From: Actinomycetales bacterium
GTDB taxonomy: Bacteria > Actinomycetota > Actinomycetes > Actinomycetales > Dermatophilaceae
Assembly: GCA_038249115.1 (NCBI GenBank)
Contig: JBBRWQ010000003.1
Span: forward strand, 12,375 to 76,374
Length of the DNA stretch: 64,000 nt
Direction of reading: 5' to 3'
A program made the translations under genes and the position numbers. Below, in pieces: positions 26,380-38,658 of the stretch. Position 1 is the stretch's first letter. Every line of letters starts with the position of its first letter. The notes beneath the pieces were generated by a model that was not told the origin of the DNA, did not search any database, and saw only the letters and a list, made by a program, of their open reading frames with translations.

Positions 26380-27921
26380 ATGATTAGGGGTATGAAGGAC
26401 AACTACTTGGGTCGGATCGGCACCTTGATTCGGGATGCCCGACGTCACCAAGGCTTGACACAGACCGATCTTGCCGACTCTCTGGGGACCAGCCAGAGTG
26501 CAGTGGCGCGGATCGAACAGGGCAAGCAGAATCTCAGCCTTGAGATGCTTGCTCGAATCGGCCAGAGCCTCGACTCCGAGTTCGTCTCGATGGGTCACTC
26601 CGGCCCACAGCACCTGCGCATCGTCGGAGGCACCAAGCTGTCCGGTGCGATCGACGTCAAGACCAGCAAGAACGCCGCCGTCGCGCTGTTGTGCGCCTCG
26701 CTGCTCAACCACGGGCGAACCACCCTTCGCAACATCGCCCGCATCGAAGAGGTCAACCGCATCCTCGAAGTCCTGATCAGCATCGGCGTCAAGACCCGGT
26801 GGCTCCCAGACAGCAACGACCTGGAGATCACTCCCCCGGCCCACCTCAATCTCGATGCCATGGACCTCGACGCCGCACGTCGAACTCGCACCGTGATCAT
26901 GTTCCTCGGGCCCCTGCTGCACGAGCTCGATGCGTTCCACCTGCCCTATGTCGGGGGCTGCGACCTCGGCACCCGGACGGTCGAGCCGCACCTGCACGCC
27001 CTGCGCGCGTTCGGGCTCAACGTCACCGCCGCCGCGGGCTTCTACGATGCCAAGGTGGACCGCGAGGTCAGCCCCACCAAGGCGATCATCCTGACCGAAC
27101 GTGGCGACACCGTCACTGAGAACGCGTTGATGGCCGCAGCACGACACAACGGCGTCACCGTCATCCGCAACGCCAGCTCCAACTACATGGTCCAGGACCT
27201 CTGCTTCTTCCTCCAGGCGCTCGGGGTGACCATCGAGGGAATCGGCAGCACCACGCTGACCATCCACGGCCGGTCCGTGATCAACGTCGACGTCGAGTTC
27301 TCACCCTCAGAGGACCCGATCGAGGCCATGAGCCTGCTGGCTGCGGCGGTCGTCACCGAGTCCGCCATCACCATCCGTCGGGTGCCCATCGAGTTCCTCG
27401 AGATCGAGCTGACCCTGCTCGAGGGCATGGGCATGAAGTACGACATCACGCCGGAGTACCGCTCGGCCAACGGGCTCACCCGTCTCGTCGACCTGACCAC
27501 GGTCCCCGGCCCGTTGACGGCACCCGCCGACAAGATCCACCCGATGCCGTTCCCCGGCCTGAACATCGACAACCTGCCGTTCTTCGCCATCATTGCGGCC
27601 TGCGCGACCGGCACCACGATGATCCACGACTGGGTCTATGACAACCGGGCGATCTATCTCACCGAGCTGACCAAGGTCGGCGCCAAGGTGCAGCTGCTCG
27701 ACCCGCATCGGGTGCTGATCGAGGGACCGACCCGCTGGCGAGCCGCCGAGGTCATCTGTCCGCCGGCCCTGCGTCCTGCCGTGGTCGTCCTGTTGGCCAT
27801 GCTCGCGGCCCCGGGCACCTCGGTCCTGCGAAACGTCTACGTGATCAACCGTGGCTACGAGGACCTGGCACAACGACTCAACGCACTCGGCGCCACCATT
27901 GAGACCTTCCGCGACATCTGA
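26380..27921 (+). CDS. Fusion protein: XRE-type HTH domain + MurA-like enolpyruvyl transferase
   Basis: N-terminal LRDARRHQGLTQTDLADSLGTSQSAVARIEQGKQNLSLEML is a classic XRE HTH. The remainder aligns by eye to MurA: KTSKNAA, GGCDLGTRTVEPHL (Cys115 and Arg120 equivalents), FPGLNIDNL (Asp305 equivalent), VINRGYEDLAQRLNALGA. The start could instead be 26392. Confidence 0.8.
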   Translation: MIRGMKDNYLGRIGTLIRDARRHQGLTQTDLADSLGTSQSAVARIEQGKQNLSLEMLARIGQSLDSEFVSMGHSGPQHLRIVGGTKLSGAIDVKTSKNAAVALLCASLLNHGRTTLRNIARIEEVNRILEVLISIGVKTRWLPDSNDLEITPPAHLNLDAMDLDAARRTRTVIMFLGPLLHELDAFHLPYVGGCDLGTRTVEPHLHALRAFGLNVTAAAGFYDAKVDREVSPTKAIILTERGDTVTENALMAAARHNGVTVIRNASSNYMVQDLCFFLQALGVTIEGIGSTTLTIHGRSVINVDVEFSPSEDPIEAMSLLAAAVVTESAITIRRVPIEFLEIELTLLEGMGMKYDITPEYRSANGLTRLVDLTTVPGPLTAPADKIHPMPFPGLNIDNLPFFAIIAACATGTTMIHDWVYDNRAIYLTELTKVGAKVQLLDPHRVLIEGPTRWRAAEVICPPALRPAVVVLLAMLAAPGTSVLRNVYVINRGYEDLAQRLNALGATIETFRDI

Positions 27922-27960
27922 GCAGCCTCCTCACGCGCTCTGCCGCTTGAACAACGTGGC

Positions 27961-29892
27961 TCAGGGGCCGCGGCGTACCTCTTTGCCGAGCGACGTAGCG
28001 ATCGCATCCGGGGTGAGCCCGATCGACTCCAGCACCTGGCTGCGAGACGCGTGGGCCAGGAACTCCTTGGGTATGCCATAGCAGTGGACCGCTGTCTTGC
28101 TTCCGGCCTGAGACATCGCCAGGGACACCGCCGATCCGATACCCCCTGCGACCAGGTTGTCCTCGATGACCGCAACGGCTGTGGCATCACGAGCCGCGTG
28201 GACCAGGTCCGGGCTGACCGGCAAGACCCAACGGGGATCGACCACGCGCACCGAAAGCCCCTGTGCCACAAGCTTTTCCGCCACGCCGACCGATGCTGCA
28301 GCCATAGCGCCGACACCAACGATCAACAGGTCCACGGCGCCGGACCCGGTCTCCTGAAGAACGTCGAGGCTGCCAAGCTGACGCACCCTGACGATCGGGT
28401 CTGCGACATCACCCTTGGGGAAACGAAGCACCGTGGGACCGTCCGAGACCTCGACGGCCTCGCGCAGCAGCTGTCGCAACTGCTCGCCATCACGAGGTGC
28501 AGCCAGCCGCAGACCAGGCACCAGCGCGCCGATCGTCATATCCCACATGCCGTTATGCGACGCCCCGTCTGTACCAGTGACGCCGGCACGGTCGAGCACC
28601 ACGGTGACGCCGGCCTTGTGCAGTGCGGCGTCCATCAGCAGCTGGTCAAAGGCGCGGTTGAGGAAGGTGGCATAGACGGCGACGACCGGATGCAGACCGG
28701 CAAAGGCAAGTCCTGCTGCCATCGTCACGGCGTGCTGTTCGGCAATTCCCACGTCAAAGACCCGGTCCGGGAATCTGGCCGCGAACCTGTCCAGACCAAC
28801 CGGAATCAGCATCGCCGCCGTCACGGCCACCACATCGGGACGGTCGGCTCCGATGGCGCACATCTCATCGCTGAACTCGTCGGTCCAGACCCGGCCACCC
28901 TCGTTGAACGGCAGACCCGTCTCAGCGTTGATGACACCCACCGCGTGGAACCGGTCAGCCTCGTCCTCACGAGCAGGTGCGTAGCCGCGACCCTTCTGGG
29001 TGATCACGTGGACCAGCACTGGCCCGCCGAACGCCCGCGCCCTGCGCAGGGCCGACTCGACAGCCTCCTCGTCATGACCGTCGATCGGGCCAAGGTATTT
29101 CAGCCCCAGATCCTCGAACATCCCCTGCGGCGCAACGATGTCCTTGAGGCCCTTCTTCATCCCGTGCAGCGTCTCGTACATCGCGGACCCCACGACCGGG
29201 GTGCGGGCCAGGGTGTTCTTCCCCCAGTCGAGGAATCGTTCGTAGCCGCGCGTCACCCGCAACGTAGCCAGGTGGTCGGCGAGCCCGCCGGTGGTCGGGG
29301 CATAGGAACGTTCGTTGTCGTTGACAACGATCACCAGCGGGAGGTCCTTGTCCGCTGAGATGTTGTTGATCGCCTCCCAGGCCATCCCCCCTGTGAGCGC
29401 CCCATCCCCAATAACCGCAACGGTATAGCGATCAGTCTGACCCTGGAGTCGACGCGCGATCGCAATGCCGTCAGCCCAGGACAACGCGGTGGACGCGTGG
29501 GAGTTCTCGACGACGTCATGCTCGGACTCGGCCCGGCTCTGGTAGCCCGACAGCCCGCCCTTCTTGCGCAGGTTGACGAATCCGTCCCGCCGGCCGGTGA
29601 GCAGCTTGTGCACGTACGTCTGGTGTCCGGTGTCGAAAACGATGGTGTCGCGAGGCGAGTCGAAGACCCGGTGCAGGGCGATGGTCAGCTCGACCACACC
29701 AAGGTTGGGCCCGAGGTGCCCGCCGGTCCTGGAGACCGAGCCAATCAAGAACTCACGGATCTCTTGTGCGAGCAACGGCATCTGGGCCGGCGTCAGGGCC
29801 TTGAGGTCCCCAGGCCCGTTGATCGAATCCAGCAGTTGCACGCTCTCAGGCATCCTCTCGTCGGGCTCAGGCTCCCCAGTCGCTCCGGCCAT
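27961..29892 (-). CDS. dxs: 1-deoxy-D-xylulose-5-phosphate synthase
   Basis: TPP motif [13 protein letters not shown], segment [13 protein letters not shown], and a 643-aa length. Confidence 0.95.
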   Translation of the reverse strand: MAGATGEPEPDERMPESVQLLDSINGPGDLKALTPAQMPLLAQEIREFLIGSVSRTGGHLGPNLGVVELTIALHRVFDSPRDTIVFDTGHQTYVHKLLTGRRDGFVNLRKKGGLSGYQSRAESEHDVVENSHASTALSWADGIAIARRLQGQTDRYTVAVIGDGALTGGMAWEAINNISADKDLPLVIVVNDNERSYAPTTGGLADHLATLRVTRGYERFLDWGKNTLARTPVVGSAMYETLHGMKKGLKDIVAPQGMFEDLGLKYLGPIDGHDEEAVESALRRARAFGGPVLVHVITQKGRGYAPAREDEADRFHAVGVINAETGLPFNEGGRVWTDEFSDEMCAIGADRPDVVAVTAAMLIPVGLDRFAARFPDRVFDVGIAEQHAVTMAAGLAFAGLHPVVAVYATFLNRAFDQLLMDAALHKAGVTVVLDRAGVTGTDGASHNGMWDMTIGALVPGLRLAAPRDGEQLRQLLREAVEVSDGPTVLRFPKGDVADPIVRVRQLGSLDVLQETGSGAVDLLIVGVGAMAAASVGVAEKLVAQGLSVRVVDPRWVLPVSPDLVHAARDATAVAVIEDNLVAGGIGSAVSLAMSQAGSKTAVHCYGIPKEFLAHASRSQVLESIGLTPDAIATSLGKEVRRGP

Positions 29893-29915
29893 CGAGTCTA
29901 TGGTGTGCGTTCGTT

Positions 29916-30104
29916 CTAGCGCCGCCTGCCCTTCTTCCCGAATGCCAGCGCGAAGCCGGACAAGGCGACAACAGGGCCAACGATGGCCCAGAACGTGACA
30001 CCGGTCATCGGGCTGCCTTTGAGGTAACCCAGACCTTGGGTCGTCCAGATCAGCCCCATCAGGGCCAGAAGGACACCCAGGCCGACTCGAAGGTTCTTGT
30101 TCAT
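29916..30104 (-). CDS. Small membrane protein (62 aa, 2 TM)
   Basis: [20 protein letters not shown]...[18 protein letters not shown], basic C-terminus. The longer track ORF is rejected. Confidence 0.5.
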   Translation of the reverse strand: MNKNLRVGLGVLLALMGLIWTTQGLGYLKGSPMTGVTFWAIVGPVVALSGFALAFGKKGRRR

Positions 30105-30135
30105 GGGGTTGGAGGCTACCGCCCGGGGAGGGCGT

Positions 30136-30576
30136 TCACAGGCGCGGAACGTAATGCTTACCTTGTAATGCGTCATAAAGGAGCTGCGCCCCACGGGCCG
30201 ATGCCCGCAGTCGCAGACCCTCGGCCTCAAGATCGGACTGGATCTCAGAGAGCGCTTCGGTGCTGACCAGGTCGCCGAGGTCGACGCGGACCTCGCGATA
30301 GGCCTGACGCATGGCCTCGAGCTGTGCATCGATGTGCCGCACCGCGACCCAGGCGAGGGCGACCGGGTTCTTGCGCCAGCCGGCATACCCGCGGTAGTCG
30401 GCCGGACAGTGGTCGAGCAGCCACGACACGGCCGGCACCTGCCAGCCTGGTGAGTCCGGCGGTGGCACGGCCGTCGGCCAGCCCGGAGGCGTACGCGGTG
30501 AGTTCACGACACCAGTCTGCCAACCCGGGCCGACATCCACCCCTGGGCGACACACGACCGGCCCGAACCCAACCAT
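30136..30576 (-). CDS. Conserved hypothetical protein
   Basis: Coding-looking C-terminal two thirds (PPGWP...WLLDHCPADYR...). The start is uncertain (ATG 30576 or GTG 30507). The track ORF up to 30843 overlaps acnA. Confidence 0.5.
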   Translation of the reverse strand: MVGFGPVVCRPGVDVGPGWQTGVVNSPRTPPGWPTAVPPPDSPGWQVPAVSWLLDHCPADYRGYAGWRKNPVALAWVAVRHIDAQLEAMRQAYREVRVDLGDLVSTEALSEIQSDLEAEGLRLRASARGAQLLYDALQGKHYVPRL

Positions 30577-30628
30577 GTCTGGTGAGATTCGGGCCGGCAG
30601 AGCTCTGTGCCGTATGCCGGCAGTCGAG

Positions 30629-33328
<2,700 letters not shown>

Positions 33329-33347
33329 GCCTGCTCCTTCCGGAATT

Positions 33348-33365
33348 TATCTTGACGTCAAGATA
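33348..33365. promoter_or_regulatory. Perfect 18-bp palindrome TATCTTGACGTCAAGATA upstream of acnA
   Basis: Seen directly. It lies 20-37 nt upstream of the acnA GTG, in a locally AT-rich stretch. The regulator is unknown. Confidence 0.45.
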
Positions 33366-33439
33366 TATTTAACCACACGCGTCTGCGCTGTCAGTGTCAG
33401 ACGGGCGCCGTCAGGGCCCGGCCGGCCTGCTCTGGTGAC

Positions 33440-33907
33440 TCAGACCTGACCCTTCACCAGTGCCTCACGCAGGCCTTCAGGGATCGGCGCCTTGCCCCGC
33501 CCTGCGACCTCAACGCACACGTAGGTGATCGCCACATGGGCGCACAACGACGGTTCCTGGCCGGCCTGTGCGACACGCTCCATGCCAACGCGGTGGATGT
33601 CATATCCGAGGCGGAAAGACGTGGTGCCCACATGGTCCACCTGCACCGCGATCTCGGCGTGTTGGAACGCCTCCAGGCTGTCGGACCACTCGATCTGCGC
33701 GTTCCGCAGAACGGCGTCGAAACCTTGGTTTCGCAACGTCGCGTATCCGTAGCCGATCGACTCCATGAACGCGCTCATCGCCTCGTCGCACCACCCGAGA
33801 TACCACATGTTGAACACCACGCCCAGGGAGTCGACCTCGAAGAAGCGAACGTCCACGGGATAGCGAAACACGTTGTCCTTGTTCATGCCTGTCATTCCCG
33901 CCGTCAT
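33440..33907 (-). CDS. Acyl-CoA thioesterase, hotdog fold (4HBT/YbgC-like)
   Basis: FRYPVDVRFFEVDSLGVVFNMWYL is a typical 4HBT N-terminus. Its ATG overlaps the upstream gene's stop (ATGA). Alternative start at 33886. Confidence 0.75.
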   Translation of the reverse strand: MTAGMTGMNKDNVFRYPVDVRFFEVDSLGVVFNMWYLGWCDEAMSAFMESIGYGYATLRNQGFDAVLRNAQIEWSDSLEAFQHAEIAVQVDHVGTTSFRLGYDIHRVGMERVAQAGQEPSLCAHVAITYVCVEVAGRGKAPIPEGLREALVKGQV

Positions 33908-35118
33908 GACAGGGGCTCCAGAATGGCGATGGTCTCCACGTGGTGAGTCATCGGGAAGGCGTCAAAGGCCCGCAACGTCCGTATTCCGTAACCGGCGGCT
34001 CGCGCGTAGGCAACGTCCCGAGCCAAGGCCGCCGGGTCGCAGGCGACATAGGCGATGGCACGAGGCTCGAGTGCCGCGACGTCCTTGATGACCGACTTCC
34101 CGGCGCCGGTTCGAGGCGGATCGAGAACGACCACGTCGCAGCGGATCCCCTGACGTACCAACGGTCTCAGAACCCGGTCAACCTTGCCGCGTCGAAGCTC
34201 GATCTCCGGGCGATGCCGCAGGTTGCTCTTGGCATCACGCACGGCGCGCCCGTCTGACTCGATGGCCAGCACCGCTCCGGTGGGGCCCACCGCATCCGCG
34301 AGGGCGAGCGCAAACAGGCCCACACCCGCATAGAGGTCCATGGCCCGCTCCCCCTGCCCCGGCGCCAGCTCACGCAGCACATGGGCGACATAGGTCGCGG
34401 CCGCTCCCGGGTGGACCTGCCAGAACCCCCTGGCGGAGAGCCGGAACTCGGCAGTCCAGTCCCCCGCCTCAACCCGCTCGGTGACGTCGGGAACGGTCGA
34501 ATCTCCTTGCGGCAGCGGCACGGCCACGGCGCGAGGCTCACCCTTGGCATCAACGACATCAACCGAGCTCGCCGACGGCCAACGACGATCGAGGACACCA
34601 GCCTCTATGACCCGCTTGGTGGAGATCAGACAGTCATCGACGGGGATCACCTCATGACTATGGTGTGGATGCAGCCCGGCGGCGCCGGTGTCATCGATGG
34701 CGAACTCGGTCCTGGTCCGCCAGCGCATACCCTCGTCGTCGCCGGGAACCGGCTCGACGGTGACGTCGACCTCTAGACCGGCCAGACGCCTGAGCTGCTC
34801 CATCACGACTGCAGCCTTCAGCTCTCGCTGATAGGCCAAGTCTGAGTGTTGCCAGTCACATCCGCCACACTTGGCTGGGCCGGCGAACCGGCAGCCAGGC
34901 ACCACGCGGTGCACGGAGGGCTCGAAAACCTCGACGGCGTCCCCCAGCAGGAAACGGTCGCCTGCACCGACCGCAGTGATCTGCACGAGCACCTTCTCGC
35001 CCGGCAGCGCATGTCGCACGAACACCACGCGGCCCTCATGACGGGTGACGCAGTGGCCGCCGTGGGCGACCTTGCCGATCACCGACACGAACTGTGAACC
35101 CACCAGCGACGCACTCAC
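33904..35118 (-). CDS. Class I SAM-dependent RNA (uracil-5) methyltransferase, TrmA/RumA family
   Basis: N-terminal TRAM-like region, motifs VVLDPPRTGAG and AYVACDPAALARD. GTGA overlap with the upstream permease gene. Confidence 0.85.
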   Translation of the reverse strand: MSASLVGSQFVSVIGKVAHGGHCVTRHEGRVVFVRHALPGEKVLVQITAVGAGDRFLLGDAVEVFEPSVHRVVPGCRFAGPAKCGGCDWQHSDLAYQRELKAAVVMEQLRRLAGLEVDVTVEPVPGDDEGMRWRTRTEFAIDDTGAAGLHPHHSHEVIPVDDCLISTKRVIEAGVLDRRWPSASSVDVVDAKGEPRAVAVPLPQGDSTVPDVTERVEAGDWTAEFRLSARGFWQVHPGAAATYVAHVLRELAPGQGERAMDLYAGVGLFALALADAVGPTGAVLAIESDGRAVRDAKSNLRHRPEIELRRGKVDRVLRPLVRQGIRCDVVVLDPPRTGAGKSVIKDVAALEPRAIAYVACDPAALARDVAYARAAGYGIRTLRAFDAFPMTHHVETIAILEPLS

Positions 35119-37133
35119 TCCCCGCGCCGAACCGAGCCCACGATCGGGCCGTCATAACGTTCTTCCGCGCCCTCGGAGGACCGCAGTTGCCAGGGCACGC
35201 TGGTCACCATCACGCCGGGGGTGAAGTGCAGGCGGCCCTTCAGCCGCAGGGCGCTCTGGTTGTGCAACAGCTGTTCGTACCAACGGCCCACGACGTACTC
35301 GGGGATGTAGACCATGACGACGTCGCGAGGGTTGCCCCGGCGTGCGGACTTGACGTAGTCGACGACCGGCCGGGTGATCTCACGGTAGGGAGAGTCCAGA
35401 GCCTTCAGCGGCACGGGGATGTCACGCCGATCCCATTCCTCCTGAAGCGCCTTGGTCTCCTCAGGATCCACGTTCACCGTGATGGCCTCGAGCAGCGACG
35501 GCCGTGTAGCCCGAGCGTAGGCAAGGGCGCGCAAGGTGGGCTTGTGGATCTTTGACACCAGCACGATCGCGTGCACCCTGGAGGGCAGCATCTGCTCGTC
35601 GCCGGGTTCGTCCTCGACATCCAGCTCGCGACGCACCCGGGCGTAGTGGTTGTGGATGCCGTTCATGATGATGAACAGGACCACCATGGCCGCGATGGCA
35701 TAGCCCGCACCCTTGAGAAACTTGGTGGCAAGAACGACCAGCAGCACCGTGCCCGACATGAAGGCACCGATGGAGTTTATGACGCGGCTTCGCATCATCC
35801 GCTGACGCACCTTGGGGTCGCGCTCGGTGCGCAGGTGGCGGTTCCAGTGCCTGATCATGCCGGTCTGGCTCAAGGTGAACGAGACGAACACGCCCACGAT
35901 GTAGAGCTGGATCAGCCTGGTGACCTGCGCGTCGTAGACGAAGATCAGGAAGCAGGCCGCACCGGCCAGGATCAGGATGCCGTTGGAAAACGCGAGCCGG
36001 TCACCGCGGGTGTGCAGCTGACGTGGCAGGAAGCCATCCCTTGCGAGGATCGACGCAAGCACCGGGAAGCCGTTGAATGCCGTGTTGGCGGCCAGGATCA
36101 GGATGATCCCGGTGACGATGGAGATGAAGACGACGCCGAGGTGGAAGTCGGAGAAGATGGTCTTGGACAGCTGGCCGATGATCGTGTCCTGAATGTACGG
36201 GCTTCCATCCGCGTTACGCGGCGGCTGACCTCCCAACCTGAGCTGGGTCTGCGGGAACTCGGCGAACTTGATCCCCGTCATCCTGACGAGTGTGATGATC
36301 GACATCATCATGGTGACCGAGACGACGCCCATCATCAGCAGCGTCGTCGCCGCGTTCCTGCTCTTGGGCTTCTTGAAAGCCGGGACTCCGTTGGAGATGG
36401 CCTCGACCCCGGTCAGGGCTGCACTGCCCGACGAGAAGGCGCGCAGAAGAAGGAAGACCATGGCGAAGCCGGCAATACCCTGGGAACCAGGCTCCGGCAG
36501 CAGCGCGTACTTGGCGCTGTCGGCCTGGTGCAACGATCCGGTGAGCTCCTGGTAGAAACCGAACAACGCCATGCCGATGATGCCGACCATGAACGCGTAG
36601 GTCGGCAGCGCAAAGGCCGTCCCTGACTCGCGCACGCCTCGCAGGTTCATCGCGGTGAGCAGCACGACCAGCCCGATCGCAGCCTGCATCTCGTGCCCTC
36701 GCAGGAACGGCAGGGCGGAAGCGGCGTTCTGCACGCCCGAGGAGACCGACACCGCCACGGTCAGCACGTAGTCGACCAGCAGGGCGCTGGCAACCGTCAG
36801 ACCCGCGCGCGGTCCCAGGTTGACCGTCGCCACCTCATAGTCACCGCCGCCGGAGGGGTAGGCATGGACGTTCTGGCGGTAGGACGCCACGACGATGAGC
36901 ATCACGACGACGACCGCAAGGCCGATCTGCCACGAGTGGGTCGTTGCGAACGCGCCACCGGCAACGGCCAGGGTCAGGAAGATCTCATCAGGGGCGTAGG
37001 CAACTGACGACAGCGCGTCGCTGGCGAACACCGGGAGGGCAATCCGCTTGGGAAGCAGGGTCTCCCCGAGCCGGTCGCTGCGCATGGCCCTGCCGATGAA
37101 GAGCCGTTTGATGATCCTGCCTGATTGCGACAC
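35115..37133 (-). CDS. APC family permease with cytoplasmic C-terminal domain
   Basis: N-terminus ...LPVFASDALSSVAYAPDEI, about 12 TM segments, then a ~200-aa soluble tail. The GTG at 37133 was checked to be in frame. The track start at 37664 runs antisense into trkA. Confidence 0.8.
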   Translation of the reverse strand: MSQSGRIIKRLFIGRAMRSDRLGETLLPKRIALPVFASDALSSVAYAPDEIFLTLAVAGGAFATTHSWQIGLAVVVVMLIVVASYRQNVHAYPSGGGDYEVATVNLGPRAGLTVASALLVDYVLTVAVSVSSGVQNAASALPFLRGHEMQAAIGLVVLLTAMNLRGVRESGTAFALPTYAFMVGIIGMALFGFYQELTGSLHQADSAKYALLPEPGSQGIAGFAMVFLLLRAFSSGSAALTGVEAISNGVPAFKKPKSRNAATTLLMMGVVSVTMMMSIITLVRMTGIKFAEFPQTQLRLGGQPPRNADGSPYIQDTIIGQLSKTIFSDFHLGVVFISIVTGIILILAANTAFNGFPVLASILARDGFLPRQLHTRGDRLAFSNGILILAGAACFLIFVYDAQVTRLIQLYIVGVFVSFTLSQTGMIRHWNRHLRTERDPKVRQRMMRSRVINSIGAFMSGTVLLVVLATKFLKGAGYAIAAMVVLFIIMNGIHNHYARVRRELDVEDEPGDEQMLPSRVHAIVLVSKIHKPTLRALAYARATRPSLLEAITVNVDPEETKALQEEWDRRDIPVPLKALDSPYREITRPVVDYVKSARRGNPRDVVMVYIPEYVVGRWYEQLLHNQSALRLKGRLHFTPGVMVTSVPWQLRSSEGAEERYDGPIVGSVRRGE

Positions 37134-37217
37134 GTCGAACACTCTAGGCGGCAAGCCAGCACAAGGACGCATGCCGAGCATCGCCAACATGCGGCGCGAG
37201 CGGGACCCTGCTCGGTG

Positions 37218-37223
37218 TAGCGT
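37218..37223 (+). promoter_or_regulatory. Candidate -10 hexamer TAGCGT, 6 nt upstream of the trkA GTG (leaderless transcript?)
   Basis: TANNNT-type hexamer at the spacing typical of leaderless actinobacterial genes. No convincing -35 and no RBS. Confidence 0.3.
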
Positions 37224-37229
37224 CGCTGC

Positions 37230-37892
37230 GTGCACTTCGTCATCATGGGTTGCGGCCGGGTCGGTGCGACCTTGGCGCGCAGTCTCGAGAGTCAGGGCCA
37301 CGACGTGGCCGTCGTCGACACCAACACGGCGGCCTTTCGCCGTCTGGGCAACAGCTTCGAGGGCAAGAAGGTAACCGGCCTCGGATTCGACCGCGACACG
37401 CTGCTCGAGGCCGGCATCGAGCAGGCTTATGCCTTCGCCGCCGTGAGCAACGGAGACAACTCCAACATCCTTGCCGCCCGCGTTGCCCGTGAGACCTATG
37501 GCGTCGAACACGTCGTGGCGCGGATCTACGACCCCGGTCGAGCTGAGATATACCAGCGCCTCGGCATCCCCACGGTCGGCACCGTGCGCTGGACGGCGGA
37601 CCAGATGCTGCGCCGCCTGCTGCCCCAGGGCTCTGTCCCGGAGCACACGGACCCCAGCGGCCATGTCGTCATCGCCGATGTGCCGATCAACGCGGCCTGG
37701 GTCGGCCGTCGGATCACCGAGCTCGAGTCGACGTCAGGCGCCAGGGTTGCCTACGTGACACGACTTGGCGACGGCATACTGCCGGTCGCCGACACGGTCT
37801 ATCAGGACGGCGACCTGGTACACGTCATCACCACCAGGGACCTGCTGGCGACCGTTGAACAGACTCTCGACGAGGCACCGCCGGTCCCCTGA
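37230..37892 (+). CDS. trkA: TrkA-family potassium uptake protein (CeoB-like)
   Basis: MHFVIMGCGRVG Rossmann N-terminus followed by a TrkA-C region. Confidence 0.9.
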   Translation: MHFVIMGCGRVGATLARSLESQGHDVAVVDTNTAAFRRLGNSFEGKKVTGLGFDRDTLLEAGIEQAYAFAAVSNGDNSNILAARVARETYGVEHVVARIYDPGRAEIYQRLGIPTVGTVRWTADQMLRRLLPQGSVPEHTDPSGHVVIADVPINAAWVGRRITELESTSGARVAYVTRLGDGILPVADTVYQDGDLVHVITTRDLLATVEQTLDEAPPVP

Positions 37893-37906
37893 CTCTCTGG
37901 CACCCC

Positions 37907-37951
37907 GACCATCGCCCGAAAGACCATCGCCCGAAAGACCATCGCCCGAAA
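37907..37951. repeat. Perfect tandem repeat, 3 x 15 bp (GACCATCGCCCGAAA)
   Basis: Read directly. It lies in the 72-bp spacer between the two trkA genes and abuts the GGAAG RBS of the second gene. Confidence 0.95.
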
Positions 37952-37964
37952 GGAAGTACACCTC

Positions 37965-38648
37965 ATGCGCGTTGTCATTGCCGGAGCAGGCAGTGTGGGT
38001 CGCTCCATCGCCCGCGAGCTGTTGCACAACGGGCACCAGGTGCTGTTGATCGACAAGGACGCCGACGATGTTCAGGCCGGCCGCGTCCCCGATGCGTCCT
38101 GGCTGCTCGCCGATGCCTGCGAGACCAGCTCGCTGCACGAGGCCGGTCTGGCTGACTGCGACGTGGTCGTGGCTGCGACCGGTGACGACAAGGCCAACCT
38201 CGTCGTCTCGCTGCTGGCCAAGACAGAGTTCGGCGTTCCGCGGACCGTCGCCCGGGTGAACAACCCCAAGAACGAATGGCTGTTCGATGAGGCGTGGGGA
38301 GTGGATGTGGCCGTGTCGACCCCCCGGCTGATGACCGCCCTGGTCGAGGAGGCCGTCAGCATCGGCGACCTGGTCCGCATCTTCACCTTTGGGCAGGGCA
38401 GCTCCACCATGGTCGAGCTCACCCTCCCCGAGGACAGCCCCTATGCCGGTAAACGGGTCGGCGACGTTCCCTGGCCCAGCGACTGCGTCCTGGTCGGGAT
38501 CATCCGCGAGGACCACCCGATCGCGCCGAGCCGGGATGACTCGCTCGAGGCCCATGACGAGCTGCTGTTCCTTGCTACACCAGACATTGAGGATGCCCTC
38601 GAGGCGCTGCTCAGCCCTGGCAAGCGGAAGCCCCGCAGCAAGGAGTGA
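37965..38648 (+). CDS. trkA: TrkA-family potassium uptake protein (CeoC-like)
   Basis: MRVVIAGAGSVG Rossmann N-terminus followed by a TrkA-C region. Confidence 0.9.
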   Translation: MRVVIAGAGSVGRSIARELLHNGHQVLLIDKDADDVQAGRVPDASWLLADACETSSLHEAGLADCDVVVAATGDDKANLVVSLLAKTEFGVPRTVARVNNPKNEWLFDEAWGVDVAVSTPRLMTALVEEAVSIGDLVRIFTFGQGSSTMVELTLPEDSPYAGKRVGDVPWPSDCVLVGIIREDHPIAPSRDDSLEAHDELLFLATPDIEDALEALLSPGKRKPRSKE

Positions 38649-38658
38649 CGGGAGCGGT

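Noticed and set aside
33351-33362. The TGACGTCA core of the acnA palindrome as a CRP/cAMP-type site
   Set aside because: The bacterial CRP/GlxR consensus I recall (TGTGA-N6-TCACA) does not match. The resemblance is to the eukaryotic CRE and is coincidental. It is kept only as an unassigned palindrome.
37907-37951. Possibility that the 15-bp tandem repeat, or the islet repeats, represent a CRISPR array
   Set aside because: The units are contiguous with no spacers, too short, and only three copies long. No cas genes are present.
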